From contig OY970303.1 in NCBI GenBank assembly GCA_963716255.1, positions 8,064,001-8,128,000 of the forward strand: DNA of 64,000 nucleotides, read 5' to 3'. Below the pieces are notes generated by a model that saw only the letters and a program-made list of their open reading frames with translations, made no database searches and had not been told where the DNA came from. Position numbers and translations under genes: made by a program. This stretch comes from an uncultured Gemmatimonadales bacterium (GTDB lineage: Bacteria; Gemmatimonadota; Gemmatimonadetes; Longimicrobiales; Longimicrobiaceae). Below are positions 53,003-62,551 of this stretch, piece by piece. Position 1 is the first letter of the stretch; every line of letters begins with the position of its first letter.

Positions 53003-53482
53003 CTACTTCTCGTCGACGGACTGCACGAGGGTCTGGAGCTGCTTGATCTTGAGCTTGCGCTCGCCGCGGGGGAGGGAAAGCACCACCGTCTCGCCCACCT
53101 GCTTGCCCATCAGGGCCTGCCCGAGCGGGGAGGCCAGGGAGATCTGGTTGCTGTCCACGTCGATGAAGTCGCCGAAGACCAGCATGTAGGTCTCCTTCTC
53201 CTTGGTGCGCGTGTCCACCACCGTCACCGTGGAGCCGAAGCCCACGCGGTCGGCCGGGACCTGCGACAGGTCGATCTTGGACAGCTCGGCGGCCCGCTTG
53301 GTGAGGTGGTTGAGCCGCGCCTGGACGAACTGCTGCCGCTCCAGCGCCGACTTGTACTCCGAGTTCTCCCGGAGGTCGCCGTGCTCCACGGCCTTCTGGA
53401 TGGCACGGGGGAGCGTCACCTGAAGCTCGTGCGTGAGGCGCTCGATCTCCTCCGCCAGCTTGCTCTTGAGTTCTTCCAGCAT
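53003..53482 (-). CDS. greA: Transcription elongation factor GreA/GreB family
   Basis: HGDLRENSEY, VGFGSTV, ISLASPLGQALMGK. Confidence 0.88.
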   Translation of the reverse strand: MLEELKSKLAEEIERLTHELQVTLPRAIQKAVEHGDLRENSEYKSALERQQFVQARLNHLTKRAAELSKIDLSQVPADRVGFGSTVTVVDTRTKEKETYMLVFGDFIDVDSNQISLASPLGQALMGKQVGETVVLSLPRGERKLKIKQLQTLVQSVDEK

Positions 53483-53610
53483 CGCAGGGTATGGGGCAAA
53501 AAGGAACGTGCGCCCGCCAGGGAGGAGGGCGCACCATGTCCGGAGCCTAATGTAACAGCGACCGCCGGGGCCGCGCCAGCCATGCGGAGGCGCGGGCCGC
53601 CGCGGCGGCC

Positions 53611-55257
53611 TCAGCCCGGCAGGCGCACCGGCGCCGGGGCGGGGCGGGGGACCGTGGTGCCGTCGCCCAGCTGCCCGTCCTCGTTGCGTCCCCAGCACAC
53701 GGCCCGGTACGCCGTGGTCACCCCGCAGACGTGGTGCGTCCCCGCGCTCAGCGACTCGAACACGATCCCGGGCACGGCGCCGCCGGCGGCCTGGCCCTCG
53801 TCCCAGCACTGGGCCGCGCCGTCCGTGCCCAGCCCGCAGGCGCTGTAGCCCCCGGCCAGCACGGCGCGGAACGCGGTGCTCCAGCCCACCCGCACGGGGG
53901 TCCCGGGGTCGCGGCCGTAGCTGTAGCCGTAGCCCCAGCAATACCCGGCGCCGTCGGCCGCCACGCCGCAGGTGAGGTGGCTCCCCGCGTCCACCGAAGT
54001 GAACCGCAGGCTGCCCGCGGCCCGCACCGGCGCCGCCTGGTTGGTGAAGGAGCCGTCGCCGAGCTGCGCGTAGTAGTTCCACCCCCAGCAGTAGAGCTGG
54101 CCGCCCGCCGCGATGCCGCACGCGGAGTTGCCCCCCGCGTCCAGCGCGCTGAAGAGCAGCCCGCCGGAGACGGGGACCGGGACGGAGCTGGAGGCGAGCG
54201 AGCCCGTCCCCAGCTGCCCCATGTCGCCCCGGCCCCAGCAGAGGGCGCGCCCCTCGCGCGTGAGCCCGCACGAGTGGTACGCGTTCACGCTGACGCTGGC
54301 GAAGGTGTGCCCCCCGGCCACGGCCACGGGCGCGCTCCGCGGCGCGGTGGTGCCGTCGCCGAGCTGGCCGGCGGCGTTGGCGCCCCAGCAGTACGCGCGC
54401 CCCTCCGGCGTCAGCCCGCAGCTGTGGAAGCCGCCCTGGGCGAACACGGAGGCGAAGCGGAGCCCGCCGGCCACGGGGGAGGGGAGCGTCCGCGGGGTGG
54501 TGCTCCCGTCGCCGAGCTGCCCGGAATCGTTGCGTCCCCAGCAGTACGCCCGCTGCTCCGCCGTCACGGCGCAGCTGTGGAAGTCGCCCGCGCTCACGGA
54601 GACAGCCGCGAGCGCCCCCACCACGTTGATCCTCGCCGTGCGCGTGAACCCGTCCCCCGTGGCCGTGACCGTGGTGGTCCCCGGCGCCCGGCCCGTGACG
54701 ACACCCTGGGCGTCCACGCTCGCGACCGCGGAATTCTGCGAGCTCCACGCGGCCGTGCGTCCGCCGACCTCGTTGCCGAAGCGGTCGACCGCCGTCCACG
54801 CCAGCCGCCGTGTGCCCCCCGGCTCCATGGCGGCCTCGGCGGGATCGAGGCGGACCTCCGTGACGGAGCCCGCCCGCGCGGCGACGGAAAAGGCCACCTC
54901 CGCCGGGCCCGCGGTGGTCAGCGCCGAGGCGGTCACCGTCTGCTCCCCCGCGCGCGTCCCCAGCGTCCACCGGGTGCTCGCCCGCCCGGCGTCGTCGGCG
55001 ACGGCGCGCTGCGGCGCCACCGTCCCCGAGCCCGGCGCCACCCGCCAGTCCACGGCGACGCCCGGGACGCCGCGTCCGCGGGCGTCGGTGATCCTCACCA
55101 CCAGCGCCTGCGCCACCGGCGTGGCGACCTCCGCGGCCGCCGGCCGCGAAGCGGCCGCGAGCCGCACGGGCGCCCCCGGCGGCTCGGCCGCAGAGGGCTG
55201 ATCGCACCCGGCGAGGACCGCCAGGAGCACGACGAGGAGCGGGAAAAGCCTGTGCAT
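53611..55257 (-). CDS. Lipoprotein with Ig-like (Big) domains and RCC1/BLIP-II repeats
   Basis: Lipobox LAGC; ASVDAQGVVTG; repeated HSCGLT..G.AYCWG.N..GQLGDG. Confidence 0.9.
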   Translation of the reverse strand: MHRLFPLLVVLLAVLAGCDQPSAAEPPGAPVRLAAASRPAAAEVATPVAQALVVRITDARGRGVPGVAVDWRVAPGSGTVAPQRAVADDAGRASTRWTLGTRAGEQTVTASALTTAGPAEVAFSVAARAGSVTEVRLDPAEAAMEPGGTRRLAWTAVDRFGNEVGGRTAAWSSQNSAVASVDAQGVVTGRAPGTTTVTATGDGFTRTARINVVGALAAVSVSAGDFHSCAVTAEQRAYCWGRNDSGQLGDGSTTPRTLPSPVAGGLRFASVFAQGGFHSCGLTPEGRAYCWGANAAGQLGDGTTAPRSAPVAVAGGHTFASVSVNAYHSCGLTREGRALCWGRGDMGQLGTGSLASSSVPVPVSGGLLFSALDAGGNSACGIAAGGQLYCWGWNYYAQLGDGSFTNQAAPVRAAGSLRFTSVDAGSHLTCGVAADGAGYCWGYGYSYGRDPGTPVRVGWSTAFRAVLAGGYSACGLGTDGAAQCWDEGQAAGGAVPGIVFESLSAGTHHVCGVTTAYRAVCWGRNEDGQLGDGTTVPRPAPAPVRLPG

Positions 55258-55391
55258 CGCGGGGTGCCAGCCGGGTGAATCGACGTGGACGGGGATGCCC
55301 CGAGGACGACGCCGCCCGCCCCGGCGTCACGCCGGGGCGAGGCGCGAAGCCTCGCTCCCACGTCCGTAGCCGGAGGAGCGCGCCTCCACCC

Positions 55392-55526
55392 GCGTGAGGG
55401 ATGCGCGCCCGGCAGGGCCGAGACCGCGCGGCTGTTTGCGCGGGCTCGGCGGAGTTACGCACGGTCGTATCGTGCGTTACTCCGCGCGCAGCCCGACCCC
55501 CCGGCACGGGGGGTCACGCCCAACCC
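55392..55526 (+). repeat. Structured intergenic element, diverged core copy 10
   Basis: GCGGAGT-T-ACGCACG-GTCGTAT-CGTGCGT-T-ACTCCGC; the outer stem is also changed but still paired. Confidence 0.85.
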
Positions 55527-55626
55527 CGCAGTTAACAGCCGTAAGACCACGTACCACATGGTGAAATCCGCCCCCGCCCGCTATTCTGTCGTCTCCGGAC
55601 CACCCACGTTCCGACCAGCCAGACCC

Positions 55627-56244
55627 ATGCACAAGAACAGCCTCCGCCTCTTCGAAGCCTACGCGAAGCCCTTCTTCACCCCGGAGGCGCGCGTCCTGGA
55701 GATCGGCCCGGACCGCGAGCCCTCCACCTACCAGGGCCTGGTGGGCCACGCGACGGCCGCCTGGGACACGCTGGACGCCTTTCCGCGCACCGACGTGCGG
55801 CTCACCCACCAGGCGGAGTCGGAATACGCCTTCCCGGTGCCGGACGACGCCTACGACGTGGTCTTCTCGGCGCAGGTGATCGAGCACGTGCGCAAGATCT
55901 GGCGGTGGATGCCGGAGCTGGCGCGCGTGTGCAGGCCCGGGGGCGTGGTGGTCACCATCAACCCCGTGAGCTGGCACTACCACGAGTCGCCGGTGGACTG
56001 CTGGCGGATCTACCCGGAGGGGATGCGCGCCCTCAGCGAGGACGCGGGGCTGGAGGTGGTGCTGGCGGAGTGGGGGAGCGTGGAGATGAAGGGGATCGAG
56101 GCGCGCTCGCCGCGGCTGGTGCGCAAGCAGCAGGTGTTCCAGCGCCTTTCCGGCGTGCTGGGGATGCTGAACGCCACGGTGAAGTTTCCCGTGGAGGCCG
56201 CCTACGACACCGTCACGGTCGCGCGGAAGCCCGTCCCGGGGTGA
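55627..56244 (+). CDS. Class I SAM-dependent methyltransferase
   Basis: VLEIGP, YDVVFSAQVIEHV, RVCRPGG, YHESPVDCWR. Confidence 0.85.
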   Translation: MHKNSLRLFEAYAKPFFTPEARVLEIGPDREPSTYQGLVGHATAAWDTLDAFPRTDVRLTHQAESEYAFPVPDDAYDVVFSAQVIEHVRKIWRWMPELARVCRPGGVVVTINPVSWHYHESPVDCWRIYPEGMRALSEDAGLEVVLAEWGSVEMKGIEARSPRLVRKQQVFQRLSGVLGMLNATVKFPVEAAYDTVTVARKPVPG

Positions 56245-56354
56245 ACGGCCGTCCGGGCGTGCCCGCGGCCGCCGGCGTCCTTGCTCCCCCGCGCACCCGC
56301 GAACATATTGCGGAGGAGCCGTTTGCGCTGTCCCCCCCCGCAATCGAGGCCCCC

Positions 56355-56882
56355 ATGCTCCGGCGCATCCTCCCCCTGGCCGCTCCCCTCCTGCTCCTCG
56401 CCTCCGCGCCCGCCAGCGGCCGGCAGCAGACGTACGAGCTGCGCTGCCGGGGCAAGTACGGCAGCGACCTCACCTTCCACGAGGCGATGCTGACCAGCCC
56501 CGTGGTGGAGCTGAGGTTCAGGGCGAGCCCGCGCGCCGCCGGGGCGGACGCGAGCGGGCTGGAGCCCGGCACCTGCTCCTGGATCGACCGGCCGCTCGGC
56601 GACGCCGAGCCGCGCAAGGTCTGGTTCAGCGCGCCGGCCCTGCCGTACTCCGACACCGGCGACCCCACCCTGGCCGAGCGGCAGCCCAGCAGGGGCACCA
56701 TCCCGCTGTACCTGTACGACGAGAGCCGGTACTGGAGCTTCTGGGTCTACAACACCGGCCGCGGACACCTGCAGGCGACCGAGCACCGCCCCTGGAAGGA
56801 CCCACGCGCCAGGATCCGGAGCCGCGTGACGGACGGGGTCCGGGTGACGCCCGACGTCCGGGCCGTCCCGCGCGAGCCCTGA
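56355..56882 (+). CDS. Secreted hypothetical protein (2 Cys)
   Basis: Signal peptide MLRRILPLAAPLLLLASAPA; GAGG SD. Confidence 0.7.
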   Translation: MLRRILPLAAPLLLLASAPASGRQQTYELRCRGKYGSDLTFHEAMLTSPVVELRFRASPRAAGADASGLEPGTCSWIDRPLGDAEPRKVWFSAPALPYSDTGDPTLAERQPSRGTIPLYLYDESRYWSFWVYNTGRGHLQATEHRPWKDPRARIRSRVTDGVRVTPDVRAVPREP

Positions 56883-56900
56883 GCGTCCGGGCGGAAGCCG

Positions 56901-57842
56901 TCAGGGGGTGGCGGGAGGGGCGGGGGCCTCCGGGGCGGGAGAGGGCCGTCCACGGGCCAGGAACAGGGCGGGAAGGAGCTCGCCGGCGATGCTCCACAGG
57001 CGCGAGGCGATGGCCAGCGCCGCGGCGACGCCGGCGGGCACCATCCCCGCCAGCAGCAGCGCGGTGGCGGTCTCCTTGAAGCCGATGCCGCCCGGCGCGA
57101 AGAAGACGACGTAGCCCGCGATGAAGGCCAGGGCGTTGATCGCCGTGACCGCGGGGAGGGCGGAGAGCGGCAGCTCCACGAACGACGCCAGGAAGAGGTA
57201 GAAGGCCGCGCCGTACAGCCACCACGACACGGCGGAGAGCAGCAGGATCCCCACCCCCTCCGCCCAGCTCCCCCGCCACTCCAGCACCCCCTTGCGCGCC
57301 ACCCGCCGCACGAGCCGCAGCCCGGCGCGGATCACGGCGGGGTGCACCAGCCCCAGCGCCAGCGGCGACGCCCAGCGGAGCGCCAGCAGCGCCCGCCCGA
57401 AGTCGCCCGCGTACTCGGCGGGGAGGAACCACACCCCCACCACCCCCGCCGACAGCAGCAGGAACCCCATCTGCACCAGCAGCGTGGTGACCGTCGCCGC
57501 GGGGGTGAGCCCCGCCGAGGGCCCCAGCTGCGCCAGGCTCACGAACTGCCACACCACCCCCGGGATGTAGCGGCTCAGGTTGGCCAGGAACCAGGCCCGG
57601 GCCAGCGCGCGGAAGGGCGCGTCGGCCCCGAAGCGCCGCAGCAGCACCCGCCACACCGCCACCCCCCACAGCAGCACCCCCGAGAGCAGCAGCACCGAGA
57701 GCGCCAGGAGCCCGGGCCTCACTTCCCACCGGAAGCCCTTCAGCTGGCCGGCGTTCAGCCACACGGTCCTGCCCAGGAAGAGAAAGGCCGCGGCGACCAG
57801 CGCGAAGGTGAGAAGCCGCCGCAGCCAGGGCGAAAGCTTCAT
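56901..57842 (-). CDS. Lysylphosphatidylglycerol-synthase-TM / flippase-like membrane protein
   Basis: LSRYIPGVVW, FAPGGIGFKE, SRLWS; ATG overlaps the yfhO-like stop. Confidence 0.85.
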   Translation of the reverse strand: MKLSPWLRRLLTFALVAAAFLFLGRTVWLNAGQLKGFRWEVRPGLLALSVLLLSGVLLWGVAVWRVLLRRFGADAPFRALARAWFLANLSRYIPGVVWQFVSLAQLGPSAGLTPAATVTTLLVQMGFLLLSAGVVGVWFLPAEYAGDFGRALLALRWASPLALGLVHPAVIRAGLRLVRRVARKGVLEWRGSWAEGVGILLLSAVSWWLYGAAFYLFLASFVELPLSALPAVTAINALAFIAGYVVFFAPGGIGFKETATALLLAGMVPAGVAAALAIASRLWSIAGELLPALFLARGRPSPAPEAPAPPATP

Positions 57843-60241
57843 CCGGCCGCCGGCGCCGGCTCCGCCCGCCGGCGCCCCGCGGCCAGGTGCCGAGCCAGCA
57901 GGTAGAGCCCGTACGCCGCCAGCAGCGCCAGGCACGCCAGGTACACGTAGAAGCCGGTGTACAGGTCGGCCGGGTGGAAGGTGAACGTCACCCGGTGGTC
58001 GCCGGCGGGGACCACCACGCCGCGGAAGGTGTGGTTGGCGCGCAGGATGGGGGCGGGCCGCCCGTCCACCCGCGCTTCCCACCCCGCGTAGAAGTTGTCT
58101 GCCAGGACGAGCAGCGCCTCGCGGTCGGCGCGCGTCCGCACCACGACGCGGTCGGGCGTGTACTCCGCCACCTGCGCCGCGCCGTTCAGCGGCCCGGCGG
58201 GAAGGCGGACCGGCGCCGCGCTGGCGACCACCGCCGTCGTGCGCGGGTCGAACCCCTGCGCCTGCATGGCCTCCAGCCCGCTCGCGTCCGGGCCGGTGGT
58301 CACCACCTGCGGCACCAGGTAGGCGCGGGGGAGCGCCCCCAGGTTCTCGTAGACCAGCGCGCTCCCGCGGTGCACCTCGCGCAGCCGCGGGTCCTGGAAC
58401 TCCACCCCGGAAACCAGCCAGCGCACGTTGCCGGCGTCCAGGAACGCCGGGCTTCCCATGAAGTTGTGCCAGTCCACGTAGCTTTCCGTCCCCGCGCCCA
58501 CGTACTGGTTCCAGCGCTGGAGCTGGTTGCCGTGCTCGCCGCCCGCCTGGTCCACGTCGAAGTGCATCAGGTAGTTGCCCGCGTTCCCCCGGTACACCGA
58601 GCCGGGAGGGAAGGGGAGCACCCATACGCGGTCGCGGCCGGGCTGCGCGCGGAGGAAGTCCGCCACGTCGTCCGGCGCGAACATCTCGTCCGGCGAGGGC
58701 ACCGTCTCGAAGAACTTCCGGTCCACCACCCACAGGTCCGCCACCACCAGCAGCGACAGCAGCGCCGTGGCGGCGGTGGCGCTCAGCCCGCCGCGGATCC
58801 AGAACCACACCACCGCCGCCACGGCCGCCGCGAAGAGCGCGAAGCGGAAGGCGGCCGGCCCCGGGGGCGGCACGTTGGCCGCCGATGTGCCCGACGCCAT
58901 CATCCCCAGGAGCACCGCCACGGCCACCACGCCGCCCAGGATCCACGCCGCCGGCTTCGCCTCCGGGAGCGGCTCGGGGCCGCGGAGCGCGCGCGCGGAG
59001 GCGCGCCGCTCGTCCAGCCGCGCGGCGATGGCCTCCAGCGCCAGCGTCGCCATCATGACCAGCGACAGCGACACCAGGAAGAAGGAGATGGAGGGCGCCC
59101 GGAAGCGCTTGGTCCCCGGGAGGATCTCGTAGTAGAGCCGGTACAGCGGCGTGTTGCCGCCCAGCGCGATGGTCAGCGCGAACAGTCCCAGCCCCGCGAA
59201 CGCCCACCAGTAGCGGTTCCGCCGGCAGAAGTACGCGCCCAGCGCGGCGAGCACCAGCGCCAGCGCACCCACGTACTCCACGTGCAGCTTGAAGGGGTTG
59301 GTGCCGCGGTACGTTTCCAGGTAGCCGCTCAGCTCGGGGACGGCCACCGCCGCCACCTCCGCCGCGGGCATGGAGTACGACGTGGAGTACTCGTAGCCGC
59401 GCCCGCCCGCCATGCCGCGCGGCGACTCCGCCACGTAGTCCCGGAAGGGGAGGAAGTTGACCGAGGCCATGGCGAAGGCGAACGCCACCGCGCCCACGCC
59501 CAGCAGCACCGGCCTCAGGAGCCGCCGCGGCTCGCGGAACAGGCCGAAGTGCCACAGGCAGAACACGCTCCACACCAGCGCCCCCAGCAGCATGTAGTAG
59601 GCGCTCTGGATCTGGAAGGTGAGCAGCGCGAAGCCGATCGCCGCCGCCGCCCCCGCGAACGGCGCGAGCGCGCCCGTGCGGATCCCGCGGTGGAAGAAGC
59701 AGAACACCAGCGGCGTCAGCGTCGCCACGATGATCCTCCCCTCGTGCCCCGCCAGCACCCACGACATGGTGAGGCCGGTGAACTGGAAGGCCAGGCCGCC
59801 CACGAACGCCACCCAGCGCCGCGTCCCCAGCTCCCGCGCCAGCAGGTACGTGCCCAGCCCCGCCAGGGCGAAGTGCACCACGAAGAACGTCGGCCAGATC
59901 TTGGAGACGGGGAAGATCCAGTCCGCCAGGAAGCGCACCGGGTAGTACGTGCTCCCCGGGTTCGCGAACAGCGGCAGCCCGCCGTACACGTGCGGCACCC
60001 ACTTGGGGAGCACGCCCGCGCCGAACTGCTGCGAGATGAACTCGTGGAAGAAGTACCCGCCCACCAGGTAGTCCGTCCCGTAGATGTGCTTTCCCGGGAG
60101 GAAGGCGGGGAGGAAGTAGACGAGCGCGAGCGCGAAGTACGCCAGCGCCGCGATCCCGGTGGAGATCGGCGGGCCGGGGTCCGCCGCGGAGGTGGCCGGC
60201 GCGCCGCGCGCGGCCGAGGCCGCCCTGCTCTGAGCGTTCAT
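57839..60241 (-). CDS. YfhO-family GT-C fold membrane glycosyltransferase
   Basis: PKWVPHVYGGLPLFA, many TMs, ALPRAY, LADNFYAGWEARVDG, ANHTFRGV. Confidence 0.88.
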   Translation of the reverse strand: MNAQSRAASAARGAPATSAADPGPPISTGIAALAYFALALVYFLPAFLPGKHIYGTDYLVGGYFFHEFISQQFGAGVLPKWVPHVYGGLPLFANPGSTYYPVRFLADWIFPVSKIWPTFFVVHFALAGLGTYLLARELGTRRWVAFVGGLAFQFTGLTMSWVLAGHEGRIIVATLTPLVFCFFHRGIRTGALAPFAGAAAAIGFALLTFQIQSAYYMLLGALVWSVFCLWHFGLFREPRRLLRPVLLGVGAVAFAFAMASVNFLPFRDYVAESPRGMAGGRGYEYSTSYSMPAAEVAAVAVPELSGYLETYRGTNPFKLHVEYVGALALVLAALGAYFCRRNRYWWAFAGLGLFALTIALGGNTPLYRLYYEILPGTKRFRAPSISFFLVSLSLVMMATLALEAIAARLDERRASARALRGPEPLPEAKPAAWILGGVVAVAVLLGMMASGTSAANVPPPGPAAFRFALFAAAVAAVVWFWIRGGLSATAATALLSLLVVADLWVVDRKFFETVPSPDEMFAPDDVADFLRAQPGRDRVWVLPFPPGSVYRGNAGNYLMHFDVDQAGGEHGNQLQRWNQYVGAGTESYVDWHNFMGSPAFLDAGNVRWLVSGVEFQDPRLREVHRGSALVYENLGALPRAYLVPQVVTTGPDASGLEAMQAQGFDPRTTAVVASAAPVRLPAGPLNGAAQVAEYTPDRVVVRTRADREALLVLADNFYAGWEARVDGRPAPILRANHTFRGVVVPAGDHRVTFTFHPADLYTGFYVYLACLALLAAYGLYLLARHLAAGRRRAEPAPAAG

Positions 60242-61372
60242 TCAGCGTGGGGATGATTGAAAGGACGTGCCGCGGCCGGCGGCCGCGACTTCCCGCAGAA
60301 ACTCCAGGTGCCGCTCCGCGACCGCGTCCCAGGAGAAGCGCTCCGCCGACACCCGCGCCGACGCGCTGGTCGCCGCCCGCGCGGCCGGGTCGTCCAGGAG
60401 CCGCAGCGCCGCCTCGGCGAGCGCGTCCGGGTCGTCAGGGGGCACCAGGATCCCCCCGCGCGGCGGGTCCACCACCTCCGGGACCGCGCCCACCGCCGCG
60501 GCGACCACCGGGACCCCGGCGGCCATGGCCTCCGCGGGGACCATCGGCAGGCCTTCCAGGCGCGAGGGCATCAGCAGCGCCAGCGCGCCCGCGAACAGTT
60601 CCAGCACCTGCGCGCGCTCCACGTTGGGCACCAGCCGGACGCGGTCCGCCACGCCCAGCTCCCGGGCCAGCTCGCGGACGCGCGCTTCGTCCTTGCCGCG
60701 CCCCGCCAGCCGGAGCTCCACCCCCGGCCGCTCCCGCGCGATCCGCGCGAAGGCGTGCAGCAGCGTGTCCAGCCCCTTCTGGTAGACGTCGAAGCGGCCG
60801 TAGCAGAGCAGGAAGCCGCCCTCGCGCCGCTCCACCCGCGCGAACTCGTCCGGGACCCCGCTGCCGATCAGCGCCACCCGCACGTCCGGCGCGAGCAGCG
60901 GGCGCAGCTGGTCCGTCATCCAGCGCGAGGTCGTGCTCACCCATCGCGCCCGGCGCAGCGAGCGGCGCTCCGCCGCGTCCACCGCGCCGCCCAGCACCCC
61001 GCCGAAGCGGCCCCGCGCCGTGGGCCCGTGGAGCATGTGCACCACCAGCCCCACCGGCCGGCCGCGCGGAATGCGCAGCGGCGTGTACACCGAGAAGTCG
61101 TAGACCGCCGCGTCGTACTCGCCCCGCTCCAGCAGCCGCGTCGCCGCGCGCGCATACGTCCAGCGGCTCCACGGGTAGGGCGAGCGGGCGCCCAGCCGCA
61201 GGTAGCGCACCCCGTCCGTCGTCTCGTCCCGCGCGCCCGGGAAGCTCCCCGTCGCCACGGTCGCGTCCACGCGCCCCGCCAGGCGCCGGTAGATCTCCAG
61301 CACCCGCATCGAGCCGCCGCCCCCCACCCAGGGGTTCCGCGGGTCGTCGTAGATGCAGTGCAGGACACGCAT
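60242..61372 (-). CDS. Family-4 glycosyltransferase
   Basis: QKGLD, SRLEGLPMVPAEAMAAG, FSWD. Confidence 0.92.
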   Translation of the reverse strand: MRVLHCIYDDPRNPWVGGGGSMRVLEIYRRLAGRVDATVATGSFPGARDETTDGVRYLRLGARSPYPWSRWTYARAATRLLERGEYDAAVYDFSVYTPLRIPRGRPVGLVVHMLHGPTARGRFGGVLGGAVDAAERRSLRRARWVSTTSRWMTDQLRPLLAPDVRVALIGSGVPDEFARVERREGGFLLCYGRFDVYQKGLDTLLHAFARIARERPGVELRLAGRGKDEARVRELARELGVADRVRLVPNVERAQVLELFAGALALLMPSRLEGLPMVPAEAMAAGVPVVAAAVGAVPEVVDPPRGGILVPPDDPDALAEAALRLLDDPAARAATSASARVSAERFSWDAVAERHLEFLREVAAAGRGTSFQSSPR

Positions 61373-61389
61373 CGTCTAGGCTCGACAGC

Positions 61390-61526
61390 GGGTTCGGGCG
61401 TGCCCCCGGCTGGCGCCGGGGTCGGGCTTCGGCTCCGTAACGCACGAAACAACCGTGCGTAACGGAGTCGAGCCCCCGCGAAACCGCCCGCGGGGTCTCG
61501 CCCCTCCGGGCCGGAATCCCTCACGC
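61390..61526 (-). repeat. Structured intergenic element, core copy 11 (module B at 61563-61615)
   Basis: Minus-strand stem ACGCACG-GTTGTTT-CGTGCGT. Confidence 0.9.
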
Positions 61527-61629
61527 AACAGCCGAAGTGACCTCAATATCCAGCAGTTGCACCCTCTCCCAGAATTGGGAGAGGGTGGCGGCTCTAAGGC
61601 CGCCGGGTGAGGGCCGCCGGGGCCGGCCC

Positions 61630-62547
61630 TCACGGCAGCCGCCGCGCGATGAAGAAGTTGCTCCCGATCCCCACGTCCCACGCCGCGCGCATCGCCGGGT
61701 TCTCCGTGACCCACCGCTGGCGCGCCACCCATCCGGCGGCGCGGCGCTTCAGGCCGGTGCTCATCTCCCCGGGGCGCGAGATCTTTTCGCGCAGGTAGTT
61801 GATCCACAGCTCCCGCGGCGGCACCAGCGAGCGGAAGCCGTGGCGGCGCAGCATGCGCAGCACGCCACGGCGCGTGGGGATGATCCCCACCCCGTACTCG
61901 CCCTCGCCGCCGCCGCGAACGCGCTCGAAGTACCACACCTGCATGGCGCGCGGCATCAGCACCAGCCCCGCCATGGAGTAGTGCGGGTCGCTCCACAGGC
62001 TGTAGAGCGCGAACGGCTTGGGGGTGACCAGGTACAGGATCCCGTCCGGCTTCAGCACGCGGCGGATCTCCGCGACCGTCTTCTCGCGGTCCTGCACGTG
62101 CTCCAGCACGTTGTCCAGCGTCACCAGGTCGAAGCTGGCGTCGGGGAAGGGAAGCGCCTCCGCCACCCCCACGCGGATGTCCGCGCGCACCCCGTGCTCC
62201 TCCGCGCGCACCCGGCCGCGCTCCACGCTGCGCTCGTACGGCTCGATGCCGCTCGCCTCCGCGCCCGCCTCCGCGAAGGCGATCAGCACCCCCGCGTCGC
62301 CGCACCCCACGTCCAGCATCCGCGCGCCCGCCGGGCTCCACCCCGGCAGGTAGCGCCGCAGCGTCCCGATGATGAAGCGGCCGCGCGGGTACTCGCTGAC
62401 GTAGTGGCTCTTCCACTTGTCGAAGTTCGCCGACTGCCACCACCGCTCCCGGTCCGACTCCAGGAGCGCCAGGTATCGCGGCTCCCCGGCCTCCGCCGCG
62501 GTCCCGGGCTCCACGGCCGTCGTGTCCCTGCGCTCGTGCTCCGTCAT
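61630..62547 (-). CDS. Class I SAM-dependent methyltransferase
   Basis: MLDVGCGDAG, LPFPDASFDLV, NVLEHV, RVLKPDG. Confidence 0.9.
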   Translation of the reverse strand: MTEHERRDTTAVEPGTAAEAGEPRYLALLESDRERWWQSANFDKWKSHYVSEYPRGRFIIGTLRRYLPGWSPAGARMLDVGCGDAGVLIAFAEAGAEASGIEPYERSVERGRVRAEEHGVRADIRVGVAEALPFPDASFDLVTLDNVLEHVQDREKTVAEIRRVLKPDGILYLVTPKPFALYSLWSDPHYSMAGLVLMPRAMQVWYFERVRGGGEGEYGVGIIPTRRGVLRMLRRHGFRSLVPPRELWINYLREKISRPGEMSTGLKRRAAGWVARQRWVTENPAMRAAWDVGIGSNFFIARRLP

Positions 62548-62551
62548 TCGC

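Noticed and set aside
53483..55507. GreA as the C-terminus of an 834-aa fusion
   Set aside because: The upstream portion is an off-frame reading of the RCC1-lipoprotein gene; GreA starts at ATG 53482.
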